A program made the position numbers and the translations under genes. A stretch of 64,000 bases of DNA. It comes from Asterias rubens (taxonomy: Eukaryota). The stretch spans positions 7,378,001-7,442,000 of the forward strand of contig NC_047082.1 of the NCBI RefSeq assembly GCF_902459465.1, in the 5' to 3' direction. Shown here in pieces: positions 1 to 20,142 of this stretch. The first letter of the stretch is position 1, and every line of letters starts with the position of its first letter. Under the pieces are notes generated by a model. The model was not told where the DNA came from. It saw only the letters and a program-made list of their open reading frames with translations, and made no database searches.

Positions 1-3000
1 CATGACTCAACTACTTAAGCCATAACTCTGGACTCCAACTTTGCGCCCCCAACTGGCTCAAAAAGGGAGAACAGTACACAGGTAAACTAAAATTTACTTC
101 AATCTTCAATATTCACTGAAATTTCATCGAGTAAAGTCACTGCAATTATACTTACAAGACTTCCTAAGAAGCATTAACTCTGAGGGGATACGTTGACGAA
201 TCAATACATCATTATCAGAGGCACACGATGATCGTTTGGTGTTTAAATCCATAATTATTGAGTCGCAAAATATCCAAGTTTATCGTCTTTTTGACACCAG
301 CAGCACTGTGGCTCACCCGGAAGACCATCAGCCGGTCCAGAACAGTCCATATTTTAATATAGGTGTCATTTGATAAAACTGCTTCCGAAAATTGGAGTAA
401 GATGAAATATTGTCCACACATTTCTGATACCATTTCACTGTTTGTAACAAGACATTTAATGTTTTCTGACGATTTTAGATTTAATTGTGTTCAAATAATC
501 TAAACAAAACAAAAATTGTTGTGACATTGTTTTGGTCTTACCTTGTTTATGAATGGTACTGGCCATCAGACATGTTGCTTTCCAATGGCATGGACAGACA
601 GCGCAGAGAGAGGTCGCAAATCGAGGGAAGTGACTCACTGATAAACGTAATGTTTAGCACTGTCTTTTCGTTCACCACACCTTGCATCAAAGAAAAGCAC
701 AAAATAGAAGAATCCCAACATAAACTTGCACTCTAAATGTAGTAGATTTCAGTTAGTAATCGTGGAATTCCGCAAGTAACAACCGCGAATCTGCAGCACA
801 GGTCCAGCCAGCACGGATAGCTACACGTTGCATATATATCACAGTAGTACGCTGTAATGGTGGACCGTGTGCTCCCTCGACCTTGACATGAAAACGGCCT
901 GTGATTGGTCAATGCCTTACACGCTCCATTGCATGCTCAATGCGAACTGCATTGATGCTAATAATTCCCTCTCTTTAGTTTTAGATTGGGTAAACAAAAG
1001 GGCATTTTTATCAAATTTTGGTAAAAATTAAAAAATCACAAGGGGTAGGTCCAGCATATTTATTAAATTTGGGTCCAAAATTGAAAAGAAAAGACAAAAA
1101 ATCACAAGTGGCAAGCCCAGACTTTGTGTCCAATCTGGGTCCAAACTTTTAAAAAATCATGAAAAAATCACAAGGGGTAATTTCAGCAGTTTTATCCTGT
1201 TTTGTCAAACTTGAGGGTGGGGGGGGGGGTAAAAAAACAAGTTGTGTATTATATTTTTTTTAAACTAGAAATAAAAACCACACACTGGGTTTTGTACTAA
1301 TTTTATATATTTTTTTATTCCTACCAAGTGAACAAATAAATGCAAACTTTCACAAATCGATTGAATGAACAACGGTATATAATTTTATAATTATACATGA
1401 TTGCAAAAATCAACAAACTAGTCCGATTCAGTGTTCATATTTTGTGTGCTCTTTACATAATCGAACCTGTGGAAATGAATCCATTGTGTGAGTAGGGAGA
1501 AAATAGTGACACATGTACAACTCACATTATAATTGTCATCAATTTGGACTGTTGCAGTTTATTTAAAGTTTTTCGTAATTTTTGTTTTTAATATGACAAT
1601 TTTTCACAGAAAAATTATTCAGTATTAACTTGATAATCAGTAAGCTTTCAGACTGAACATAAACAAGGTTTTATCCTTACCAATTATGCAAAATACCTTT
1701 AAGCATTTAATTGGTACAATCTAAGATTAGGGTAAATCACCCTATTGATCTTTTTTAAAAGGAGTACAGCACACAATAAACTGGGTCACCTAAAACCCCA
1801 CACTCCCATCATCTAAAGCCAGTACCATTCTAGCATTTTATTCACAAATATTTTTTTTAAAATACAGGTCCATTCTATACATTTTTTCTACATGCAAATT
1901 AAGTTTATAATTAGTCTTGGATCAAGACTGTCCTGTTATTATATCTCTCCATAGACCACTATCACAAGCTGAGACTATCTGTGTTACTCAAAAAGGAAGA
2001 CATTCTCATAGTATATGTATGTGTCACATTCCCTGTCTCCCCATTGACATCTTTGGTAGAACTAATAACTTTAGGGGCTCAGACTATCAACCTTCTTGCC
2101 TTGATTTGGGCAAAAATTTTCAAAAACCTGCTTAAGCACAAAATAACTAAGACCAGCTTACCCCAAAAAAAGGTTACCAGCCAAAATACAAGGTCACATG
2201 CTTGTGACTGGTATCGTCTGCTTTAATCTGCTCTATTAAACTGAGCCCAGGTTTGACAATCCTGATGCTGTCCTTTGTGCATATTAAACAAGACCCGTGG
2301 AAACAGAAGGCACCATACCAAGACATACAAAATCTTGTTAATGATTTGATAACCGTTCCCCATATAAATCTTTATAGTTATAAATAATATATAATAAAAC
2401 ACTATTTAGAGACAATTTACAAACTTTAGTAAATGATAGCTTCAAGGATAGAGAACAATAGTTTGTCTAAAAAAACGAGAGGTTGGGGAGCAAAACTACA
2501 CCCCTGGCAGTAATAGGTCTATGAAGCCACCTGTCCTGTCACCCACCCTGGTCTAAATAATCTACATTTCTTTTTCGATGCTCTGCTAAATCCATGACTT
2601 CAATTCAACAAATCAATTCATTTTATTTTAGTTCACTTTAACACAGCTGCATCAGGATCCACCAACATTGCTATAAAACTGGCCCGATTAACAAATAACC
2701 ACGTTAACTGAATATTCACACAACAAATCAACATTTGTCCAAGCTTAATTGCTGAAAGACAGGGAATTAAGTTTGTCACACAATGACACAATAAGGCACA
2801 TCACATATTAAGGTAAGAATTTTAGATTGCTTGACTTGAACTCTTAGTTAAGATGTCATTAATACCCTCGGAATCATTTAGGAATCCTAGAGCGTAATTC
2901 CTTGAGTGCCCAGAAGAAAGGCGTAAGGCTCTACATCAATGACGTCCTTCTTGCAGGCAAAGAGTACAGAAGGTTTTAAGGAATAAAATGGCTTCTGGTA

Positions 3001-3734
3001 AAACAAATTAATTTAACATTTCTACCGATAGCATGTTGTTGCCCGCACTACCCCAAAAAGTGTTTTCCCATCCTAAAGCAGACTTTACCTATTCTATCAT
3101 AACTTGTACATTTTTATAACACCATTTAAACTTTCACGCTTAGATTTCTCTAAACACAATTTTGCACATTGATTGCTAATGCCCTTTTTCCAGTAAACCT
3201 TTATATTTATGTCCTTCTTGTAAATCTAACAAAGTAATAAACTGCAAACAAACAAAACAAGAATGCTGCTCATAACAAACTAGGGTCTGAACTCTGAATA
3301 GATTTGTATTGCTCTACCAATGAGAGCACGATTTCAGATAATACTTGAATATAAAACGATTGTTTTGCATGGCCCAAAGCCAAGTGTGATTTCATATATA
3401 CAATCTGTTTGCATGACCCTCAAGGTATAAGCAGGGTTTTAGATATTTTAAATGAACATTTCCCCTAATTTCCACAGAGAGTTTGGATTTCTGTTCAATT
3501 TGCTGTTTTTTTATGTGCAGCACCCTTTTTCACCCTCTTCTTGCTTTTGCACCATCGGAAGACATCCATGGAAGAACTGAATTATTGGAGCAAGTGCTGT
3601 GAGCAGTTTTGCAGATATTGGCGCTATACATTTAAAGTCATTATTATCAATTTTATATTAATTTTGGTTTGACCCTTACACCGATGTGTGTATATACTGT
3701 ACACCCATTACTTGCCTGAGTTCTGTGAACAAAA

Positions 3735-3870
3735 CTCAGAGGCATGTTACTCAGGTGGAATTGAACCCACAATCTTTGCAATTCTAGAGCAGTGTCATAC
3801 CAACTAGACCACCCAGATTGCCCGATAGCTAGAGGCAGTTCCAATCCTATGTTTTAGCAGCGGGTGTTGC
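3735..3870 (-). mobile_element. tRNA-derived SINE (family 2)
   Basis: Shared core ggtgggattcgaacccacgacctttgcaattctagagcagtgtc-taccaactagaccac recurs near 5680-5790, 10190-10340 (opposite strand), 24255-24310 and 42200-42450. Confidence 0.65.
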
Positions 3871-4706
3871 AACGATAGATGTTAAATTTATCCCCGTTGC
3901 AAATTTAACACTTACATGTACTAATGTTTTCATTATTGTTCAATGGTACAAAGGTATTTGCATGGTTTGAGTTGAGTTGTATTGTACTTGAAGAGTCGAG
4001 TTGTATACTTGTGATAATGCCAAGATTAATAACAATCATAAAAATAATAATGATAAACACACGTATCCCAAACACCAGATCAAGTCAATTAACAAATAAA
4101 GAATCAACAATAAACAAATTAATGAGCTCTGAACAACTCCATCTTCAACAGTTTCTTGAATTTCACCATTGGGTCAGACTGTGTAGAGTCGTGCTTTGAA
4201 TGTCCTGAAACATACGCCTAGTTTCAGATAACATTTGTATACATGACCCAAGATAAGTGTGGTTTCCAATGAAATGTGTATGCTAATAATAATAATAAAT
4301 AATCACAAAGTCTTATATAGCGCACGTACCTACCAATAAGGTACTCAAGGCGCTGAGTTTATACAAACTTTCCAAAAGATAAGTTATTGAAGTTATGAAT
4401 TCTGAGACCCAAGGGTTTATAAAAGCCAAGTGCAGTTGCAGATACAATTTGTTATTGTAACCCTAATATACCGCACCCAAGCGTGTGTAGCAATGAAGTC
4501 AAAGATCTCCAAGGTCTCTAAATTACATACAAGACTCTCTTACTGAATTTAAAAAGAGAATTAGCACACTGAGAATACTAAACTATTTTCGAAACCATTT
4601 TTAAAATTTCTGTTGGGACAAAATCCGGAATGTTCTTACATGACTATAAGTGAAGGTAAAAAAGTTGTCATGGAAACCATTACATCATCTCAGCAGCGAC
4701 CAATCA

Positions 4707-10796
<6,090 letters not shown>

Positions 10797-11494
10797 CTTA
10801 AAGTGTTCTCTATCCTAAATATAGTTACACTGACTGACACAATCTACTTGTTGTATTTACTATTTAGTCAAGACTGTCCGTGTCAAATCTTCCAGGCTTT
10901 CTGAAATAAAAGAACAAAATAAATCTATTTAAGGAGGAAGTTATTAAAAGTCTTTGGTATAATTTTTATTAAAGACAACACAAGATACATTACTTATAAT
11001 TCTTTAATTTGTTGTCACGTGTAGTGCTTTACATGCACAAACCTACATGTACATTCAACAAATTTAAACACTTAGGCCTACACAAAAAATTTACTATTCT
11101 TGCTGGTACACATGTAATCTGAAATTATTCAAACAGGCAAGTCCAGGAGGCTATTTGGTACAAAAAAAACAAAAATTACAAATTGTTTGAACACTGAAGT
11201 GTGAAAAACACATTTTGTATAAATACACGATAACACAAGCCCTGGTTCAAAGGCCACCTTTTTTAAAAACTCAACTATAACAGTGAATATATTGTTTTAC
11301 AGTACAATAAAGTGATAAAAAATATCTGTACCTGCAATAGCTGATCCTACCATGAAATTACACTACCGTACTACCGTCCTGTAGCATTCAGAATGATCGT
11401 TCTTTGTGTTAGTTCATGCATCAAGCATTCAACATGATCTAGCTATGAGGCGCTGGTATGATTATGGGTAATGTGTCAACTAGACATAAGTACA

Positions 11495-11670
11495 CAGGTC
11501 TGTTTGCTTCGTTTTTGAAAGGGCAAGGACACCAATACAGTTTCTTCTTGGCGAATGGCACCCTAGAAGGAAAGTGTCAATTTCTACTGGAGCATTTGAA
11601 GTGCATAAAGGCAATGACCAGGGGGCATCGAGCAATTGCCTTTGTTGCCTCCGTTATCAACCAGGCCCGT
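11495..11670. repeat. Dispersed ~180-bp repeat family (aagggcaagggcaccaaggca / caggcctg ends)
   Basis: Recognisably similar copies at ~6995-7075, 32458-32632, 42656-42830, 55195-55385 and 62000-62248, in both orientations. Confidence 0.75.
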
Positions 11671-11889
11671 GTAGTGTTTCCAACGGAACAACCTCAACCA
11701 TAGTTTTATTGCTCCATGGTGGTTTTACTGGTACCTGAAATACCTGCATCTATTTTGAAAGAATCTTGCTCTTAAAGTTGGGTGAAATTAAAACATCTTT
11801 TTCGAATTTCCTGCCTGAATAAAATGCACTGAATGTATTTAAATAAATTTTTAAAATGTGTTTAGCCCTCTGCTCGCTTCCTCTTTTAA

Positions 11890-12256
11890 AGCTATTGGAC
11901 ACTTTCGGAACAAAAAAAACATTAAAAGTTCACAGATTTACAAATAACTTACAGGGTATGCAGAAGGTAATGGTGAAAGACTTCTCTTGAAATATTACTC
12001 CATGAAATGCTTTACTTTTTGAGAAAACATTAAAACAATATAAATTCTCGATATCAAGAATTTACAGATTTATTTTAAACACATGTCATGTCTTGGCAAA
12101 ACGTGCGGAAACAAGGGTGGGTTTTCCCGTTATTTTCTCCCGACTCCGATGACCGATTGAGCCTAAATTTTCACAGGATTGTTATTTTATATATAAGTTG
12201 TGATACACGAAGTGTGGGCCTTGGACAATACTGTTTACCGAAAGTGTCCAATGGCT
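11890..12256. mobile_element. MITE with TTAA TSD and AG...CT termini (Kolobok-like)
   Basis: TTAA|AGCTATTGGACACTTTCGG ... CCGAAAGTGTCCAATGGCT|TTAA. Confidence 0.8.
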
Positions 12257-12495
12257 TTAAGAGACCGCCTCCTCTTTTTATCAGTATTTTTTTCATAAAA
12301 AAAGGACACATTTAATTTTAGCGGCCTCGTACAAAATTAACATGTTTTTGGCTGTACATTGAATTATGAACTATGACCTTTATCACTTCATCATCATGAA
12401 GACACAACCCCTTTGTCAATTTATGCCTAATTTTTAATTGCAGTGGCCTATTATTTTAATCAATCATGTATATTTCATTATGCCCAACACAACAG

Positions 12496-12654
12496 TAAGG
12501 TTTATCGGGATTCAGACAAGCAATGCATTGTGGGAGGGAATATGGGGCGGTTTATATGCAGTTTCTACGACTCGTGCACGCAACGCCTATCTAAACCTTT
12601 GTGTGGGTTCAACAGCGCCCTCTCTTGATATTTTGCTATTCGCGATCAACCTTA
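12496..12654. mobile_element. ~160-bp MITE with TAAGGTTTATCG TIRs carrying CAACAGCGCCCTCTCTTG
   Basis: taaggtttatcg ... cgatcaacctta; same family at 54283-54457 and 62343-62495 (opposite orientation). Confidence 0.8.
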
Positions 12655-12966
12655 TATGAATTGGTCTTTTTAATTTGTCTCAACCAAAGTAAATCCGTTC
12701 ATCGACATCGTGTTAGCTACAACAACAAACAATGTTGTTACTTTTATTTACACTTATTTTAACCATGGAGGAATAAATTTCCATGTTTTAACCAACCAAA
12801 CATCTTGTTAAAATTATTTATTAAAATCACAACCATACAATTAATTCAATTGTCATAATTTATTGGATAGTTTATGGAATGTTTTGTGTTGTTGCAAATG
12901 CACTCAATTCAATTCAAATAAAAATAGTAAATACATTATTCAAATCAAGTTGAAATTGAACAGGCT

Positions 12967-13939
12967 TAGGGCCACTGATTTTCCGTTTCAGAAAAGTGCA
13001 AATTCCGTTTGGCAAAAACATGAATTCCGTTTCAGGCACAAAAAATTCTGTATCATGTTTTTTAATTAGATAAAAGGTTGTTTAATACCCAGGGACACAC
13101 TTATAAAAATCAATTTGAGATAAGTTGCACTGTTGACTTCGTAAAATGTTCATTTGAACTGACAAATTTCAAAAAAATACTTTTTTTTATAATTATTGTG
13201 GATTATTTTGTATACTGCTGTTCTAAAAAGGTTGCACTGTGACTGCAGTATCAATGCACATGATGTGATAGACTTGATTCCAAGTCTAAAACTGCAGTTG
13301 ATTCTCTGCATCAGCCACATTGTAGGCTAATGACAGGAGTGTATCCACAAAAGGGCGCTGTTTCAGCATGATCAAAGACTTGGGAACAAGTCTATGGACG
13401 TGACCATTCTCCATCCACAAACAAAATGTCAGCCATTTTGTTTTCGCTTTGGCGACAGAATGTTGACAGTTTACGGTTTTATTTTAGACCTTTCCGAGAT
13501 GAAAAAACATTGTATGTGTTCTTATAGATCATAGGTAAGCTAGTTTGTGTATTATTGTTGGTAAAAGAGAGGGAGAAATACAATTTGGGTGAACAACAAA
13601 ATAATGTTTAAAACGTGCCGCGAATAATGCCCTTCGCTTAACCATGGCTTAACCATGTTAACAACGTGTGTACATCATGTGTGTAAACATTGAGGATGGT
13701 GAAGTAGAACAGAATGATCCACGGTTAAGATCTCGTACTTTTTAATGGTCTGATTTCTGATGCCTTTTTAGTTTAACAAAAAGAATCTTAATAAAAAATG
13801 CAATTTCAATAGTTTTGGCGTCAAGATAAAAAAAAAAAAAAAAAAAAATCAAATTTTCTGAAATCCCGTTTTCCGTTTCAAAGGGCGGATTCCGCGAATT
13901 CCGTCCGTTTTCCACGATCGCGGAAAATCAGTGGCCCTA
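12967..13939. mobile_element. Non-autonomous hAT-like element, 973 bp
   Basis: TIR TAGGGCCACTGATTTTCCG ... CGGAAAATCAGTGGCCCTA; flanks aacaggct / aacaggtc resemble a decayed 8-bp TSD. Confidence 0.75.
13269..13394. mobile_element. MITE with TAGACTTG...CAAGTCTA termini, nested in the hAT-like element
   Basis: tagacttgattccaagtcta ... agacttgggaacaagtcta with internal ccacaaaagggcgctgtt; relatives at 25328-25549 and ~36407-36570. Confidence 0.65.
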
Positions 13940-15299
13940 AACAGGTCTAGCCCTCCTAAAGCCCTAACTAACTCAAAATTAACCTCGGACATGTCGGACA
14001 CACGGGACGTACACCCATGGAGGACACCTAACCTACGACTACGTACACAAAATAGGATCCATTCGATTTCTAAAATTTTGCTACACGTATTGAGTTATAT
14101 GGTTAAACCGATAACAAAAATGGAACACATACTCACTTAGTTAGTGTGCGGTTGGTGGAATTTTATTCGCTCAGTAGTCAGAGGAAGATCTAGATCAGGG
14201 TGAAGATTGAACAGCTGAACTGGAAAGTATGTGTACGTGTCACGCCTGTAGACTGGCGTAGGAAGCCATTATATGGAGTCAAGGTGCCCAACTAAACATA
14301 TACCGTTACGTTGGTCGCGTTTATTTCACAGTTATTCCTCCCGCAAGGGGGCGCTGTTTCAAGCAATTTCACTTTCACTCAGCAGGTAGGGAAAAAAATG
14401 AAACAAAAAACCCGCGATCACAGATTTTAAACCAATTGTTTTATACCTACCTTTTTTAGGCATGGGTGCCGAGATAAATGACTGATATTTCGGTAAATGG
14501 TGAATTAAATGGGTGTCTTAGGCTTGGTTTACGGATTCAAGAAAGGGAACGGAGCATTGTTATTTGGACATCATAATATGTATTTTTTATCAAATTTACA
14601 TAATTATTATTATTAATATTTTTACACAAGTTTTGTTCTGATTGATTACATGGTTAAAATTATTATTTAGTTAAACCACCATGCCCAATATATGTGGCAT
14701 GTACGCCCCCCTTCCCTCCCGACAAAAATACAAAACTAATGTTCCTAGTAAACAAACAGCACTTGCACTGCAGACAAATAGCACGTCTTTTGTTTTCACA
14801 AGATGTTATTTATTTTAATTAAAAACCACGCAAGAGGCGTAAACCAATGTAAACATCAGCATGGTTTTTGAATCTCGGACCGTAGTTGTCATCTGTATCA
14901 GGAAAAGCGATACTGCAAAAAGTAAAACATTCGAGTTTTTGGCAGCTCTGGAGTAGTTAACTGTTTTGGAATTTTATTTTGTGGATAATATTGTTTTTTG
15001 GAACGGAAATTTTGATTAAAAAGTCGTGCAAAGTCGCTCGGCAGGCTTACCGCAAACTTGTGTATTTTGGATTGTTATTTGAGTAATGTATCGTATTGGG
15101 GCGAAGTATTGTGTTTATGACTGTGATAAGGATGGACCGGCTTCTAATCGGTCAATACGTCACGCGGTTTGCCTGTGACGTAACAGGATTGTGTTCATCT
15201 TGCTATTCGATAACAATGTCATTAACATTAAATGAAATCAAGTTGAAATACTGAGTATAGTATGATTTTGGGTACGACAAAAATTGTGATATAAATTCA

Positions 15300-16635
15300 T
15301 TAGTCTTTGAGTTCCGCATCATCGGATGGGGGTGGCGCATCCCAGGCAGCCCCACCTACATAAACAGCTGAGTACGGTGGTGGCGGTATCATGACGTCAC
15401 TGATGATGTCAGCATAAGGTGGCGGCTGGCAGAGTTCTGATTGGTCAAACTCATCGTCCACATCTTGTTGGTTCTCGTTCTCGCCGTCTTCAGTGCGCCT
15501 GCGTCTGGCGTTCTTTTTCTCATGTGTGGACACCATATGGTGGATGCAGCGGAGGCAGTGCAGAAAACAGCACACGAGGACAAGGACGCCCCCACCGGCG
15601 ATAAGGAGAATCACCCAAGGCTGGTTTAACGCTGGAGTAGAACAAGAGACAGGAATTATTTCATGTTCATTATTAAACTTAGTCCAACCTTTACCCCGGT
15701 GTGTCAGGGGATTTATGTCACCCATCGGGCAAACTGTGTACTACAAACTTCTTCTGATAGCGCCCTCTTTTTGAATCTCCTCCCTACATCTGCAATGAGG
15801 GGGACAGAATCTCCGGCCTCAGAACTCCCTGGGACCAGCCCCACCGTTTAAACCATGGCAAGCAAGAAACAAATGTTGTCACACAGTTAAACAGTGAACA
15901 AGTTGTTTTCATTCTAGAAATCTGGTGTGGATCTACCTGTTGGTCGATGTGGATTTGTTTTTCCAGCGTCTCCGTGACTTGGACGTGCCCTTCTACTGTA
16001 TCTTCCTGTCAATTAATTAAAAAGGGAAGACATACAGGTAAGCAACATTGTCTTGTGATAAATCTCCGGCCCGCGGAGTCTACGCAAACATAACATGTTT
16101 TGTCTATATTATGCAGGAAGAGCTCTGAACTGGCTTTCATTTCATGATCTGCTTACTGAGTTCTACGCTTACGGCGCATATAATCTAAATTACCTACAGA
16201 GTCCGTAAGCGCAAAATATGTTAGGTAAGCAGATCCATACAAAAGTACACTGCGCATGTGTAAAATCGTTGCGGTACCGCTGCTAAAAAAAAGTATTCGA
16301 ACTGCCTCCGGGCAAAACGACGGTGGTCATGACACATTCTAGAGTTTCGAAGGTTCTATGGTTCGAATCCCAACCGAGTAACATGCCTATGATTAATCCG
16401 GGTTGACATAAACTGGGAAAGTACTGTATATAAAACGTGCTAAATCGGGTTTAGGGTCAAACTAAAATAATGTACAATCCCTTTAACTTTTGAAAAGTGC
16501 GTTTTTTTGTTTCTGAATTAGGACATAAGAATGTAATTAAAGAGACTTACGTGCATCAGTAGTTGACAAGATCACTAACAACGCAAGACAGATACTGATG
16601 AAGTTGATCAATCTTCTCTGGCTCAGAACCTCCAT
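15300..16635 (-). CDS. Single-pass membrane protein A (signal peptide, Arg-rich ectodomain, TM+Cys, two PPPY), 161 aa; WBP1/VOPP1/Shisa-like adaptor type
   Basis: Exons 16551-16635 (MEVLSQRRLINFISICLALLVILSTTDA, C|gtaagt), 15937-16005 (RRYSRRARPSHGDAGKTNPHRPT, G|gtagat), 15300-15631 (LNQPWVILLIAGGGVLVLVCCFLHCLRC...CQPPPYAD...PPPPYSAV); all phase 1, total 486 nt. Confidence 0.8.
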
Positions 16636-19270
16636 GATTATGGTTGAGTTTTACTTTATGGTTGGTGCTGCAGATGTGATCATGGAGCTATGAAAAGTGG
16701 GATGTACTAGTTTCTTTTAGTGAGACATCAAAGAGGCTCTTCACACCATAAAGGAAATAACTGATAATCAGCCCGTCCACAACTTTGATTAAACAATGAG
16801 GAAGGGACAAGTCACAGGTGCACATGTGCAGAGGCTGTTGTCAACTAACTGTGACGATTGTTGCTGTGAATGAGTCTGCAAAAAAAACTCATTTATTTCT
16901 AATGTGAACCAACAGTCAAGAACACTTTATTATTTCCGCATTCATACCTTACACACAACAACACAACGCTGTCGCCTTTCGAACCTTCCAATAAGCAGGA
17001 AGTGTTGTAGAGTGTATACCAAACCAGTGTATACAAACACAAACATTGCATGCTCACTCATTCAATTGGCATAAAGCGAAACCTTGTGTATTTTTTACTC
17101 TGTCTGTAGTGTTTATGATCGCACAGTGTCAAAAGGTGCCCACGGATATTTCAAATCCATCTGACTCGGCAGATTTGACATGAATATCCTATCTCATTTG
17201 GGGATTAGAAATCCAAACTCTGTTGGATTCCTCCATGGCTGGACGGATGTTGGTTTTTTTGTATATATAAAACGATTCAACCAAGCTCATGGACTGACTC
17301 CTATGATATTCCTAAGGGGGTTATAGGCGTTTTCCCCTGTTTTGTGACAAACAAGGTCAGCAAACAAACTTGATCTTTAGACATGTACCAATCTAAATAT
17401 TGCTAAGTGTTACGTCACACAATATACAGACCACAATGGTAATATATTATGGACTTCTAATCTTAAAAGATGAATCTTAGTTCATTGTGAAAATCGAGCA
17501 CAGGGCACTAAGAATTGTTTTGATAAAAGGTAGCTTTAGTACTAACAGAATATGGTTACCAGTCAAACTACCACACATGCACACTCAGTGACTGGTCTCC
17601 TGCTCATATTTTCTGCTTTTTCAGAAAGTTGTTAAGCAATACTTAGTGTTAAAACGGCTATATGAAATCGGCCCCATGTCTACAGTATTCAATCTCGCCA
17701 CTTTTGGGAGTGTCCAAAACAACATCCCTGTTCGCGCTTCCACCACAACACACAAAGCTATGGACTGCTGCTGATGATTTACCATTCGTGCCTACTTTTC
17801 CAAACAATGGATAGCTGCCAATACTTATAGGTCATATCTTAACATTTAAATCGAGCTAACAGAGTGGGGTAGGTTTTGTGGTCTTGAAAACCCATACCAA
17901 TTATGATGGGAGGTAATAAAATGGGAGTCATGGGACGGGAAATAATGCTTTGAATTTCCTTCGCTATGACTAAACATTATGTGACCTACATTGCCGTGAA
18001 CTCTAGTTTAAGATGGTATTTAGGCATGGGGCTATCAAACATTTAAACGAGGGAAGAATTAAAGAAAAACGTTTCCAAAACTAATGTTAATTACAGGCAA
18101 GTTTCCCCAGTGCTTGTCAAAACTCCAAAAAAAAATTATACACAAGTTTGGAAAGGGCATAAGGTCTTAATATGAACCAGTTGGTTTCTATGCAAGGAAA
18201 TGTAGTTTCCGCTCTATACCTCCTATCAACCCTGACATGTCACCATGTTATCATTCGACTATTTTACATCTATACATAACTAAGGTGGATTTGAGTAGTG
18301 TTGGTTCTGAAAAGTAAATAGTTAACGACTCAATGTTTCGATCGGTATACTCTGAGCGTCTTCAGGTGTCAAAGGTGTCAAATGCCTTTAAACTCACAAA
18401 CATCCGGGACACGCCATAATTAAAATACATGCTAATGGGATCGTGACAAAGCAAAATGGTTGTGCTAAATACGTAAACAAAGACTTGTCACCGATATATA
18501 TTTGGAATTTTTAATTAAAACTTCGGCTTAAAGTTGTTGCTTGTGTTCACCGTAGTCATGGATGAGATATTAATGACATTTACAATAAACCATCAAATAT
18601 TCTCAAACATTCACTTACAAAATAAAAAGGGCATCTTAAAAAGAAAAAACAATGGCCACTGTTCGGTGATGCACATTTACCAAGCTTTGGTTTTCCTTTC
18701 TAAAAGAAAACACACACACAAAATAAACAAGTCTCACGAATTCCGAAACTCTACTCTGCGGTAGTATACAGCAAGACATGTTCTCAAAAGAATATAATCT
18801 ACCAAGCAAGATGGCGGCATTACCACATTGAAACACACGTCTTAAATCCCATACATATGTACAAAGACTATGAGCCAAATTCCAAGTAATGTAAGTTGTT
18901 TGAGTGGTATTCTGATGGCACAAAATTTAGTAAGTAAGATTTGATGTTACACACAAACTCTGAGGATCAAAACTTATTTTCAAAGAATCAAACCATCCAT
19001 ACAGCGGTGTCGGTCAGGTTCCCTGCATGTACACTCCACACTGGATTCGCAATAAACAATACACAACGAAGTACCCGACTATTTCCACCTCCTGTCTCGG
19101 TATTGTGTACAACGTGAGTAACTTATGTAAGAAATCCCTATGAATACACAATCTGCGAAGCGTAAATTATTTTTTGTATTGTGTTTCTCAAAATGCATTG
19201 CAAATCTACTGTGACTTCTTGCCACGTAAGTTTTTATTGCCAATTGTTTTCAGAGCCATAACCAAACGTG

Positions 19271-19362
19271 TACTATGATGGCCCTGAAGGGGCATCGCAC
19301 ATCGCCAATTTGCAAAGATTGCGATGTGCGATGTCCGATGTCCCTTCAGGGCCACCATAGTA
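19271..19362. mobile_element. ~90-bp foldback MITE
   Basis: tactatgatggccctgaaggg ... cccttcagggccaccatagta with inner catcgcacatcgc/gcgatgtgcgatg arms; TA at both ends. Confidence 0.7.
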
Positions 19363-19495
19363 TACAGACCCTATAGGATGGTCATGCTCCTATCATCTTG
19401 AACTTTCAATTCTTAAAGTGTTTTTAATAAATAATTATTTTCTTTCATGCTCATTTTCCCCAGACGGGTCCATTACTTCCATAGTTTATCAATAT

Positions 19496-20142
19496 TCAAA
19501 GTAACACGTGATCACCAGTCTCCATGACGTCACTATTAGCTGTTTCCAATGCTGTTGGTTCAATGACGACATCTTGTAATTCCATGTCGTCGTCATCGTC
19601 GTCATCGTCATTTATGAGTGGCTCGTCTTGTGGGATATCAATGACAACCGAGTCATTGACGACATCACGTACATCAGAGTGAGGCACACTCGACACTGAC
19701 ACCGATTCGATGTTTTCAGTCGGGATCGGTTCAGTATCGATTATTGCGGCACTCGTAGCCTGCTGTTGCGATAGGGAGGGGACACCGGAACCGCAAGCCT
19801 CTTCATAAGAGGGCGGTGGAGGGCGCTCTGCGTAGGGTGGTGATTTCGGTCCATGATAATGAACAATCGACGTAGAGGACATGATACTACCCGATGGCTC
19901 ATTATTTGATTCTTGGGTCGCCCGTCGCATTGTCATACGTCTTGTACTCTCGCAGTTCCTCGTGTGTCTGATGTTAGGGAATGGCGTCATGGGAGAGTTT
20001 GGGTTGTATGGGCTTCGAGCTGGTAATATACCAGGGCATTGATCCTCACATTTCTGTACACATCTGTAGAGCCACGAGCAGCAAGCAATTAAGAACAGGA
20101 CGAAAAAGATCGCGAGTATCCACGGGATAAATTCGGATAAAT
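19496..20142 (-). CDS. Single-pass membrane protein B, terminal exon (TM+Cys cluster, PPPPSY, acidic tail)
   Basis: Strong acceptor ctctctttttcag|AT, phase 1, 647 nt open to stop: LSEFIPWILAIFFVLFLIACCSWLYRCVQKC...ERPPPPSYEEA...DDDDDDD. Upstream exons unresolved; tentative 21007-21081 (MGIRLFLVVTQSLNILLYYCSLGIT) and 20761-20854, both with weak donors. Confidence 0.75.
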
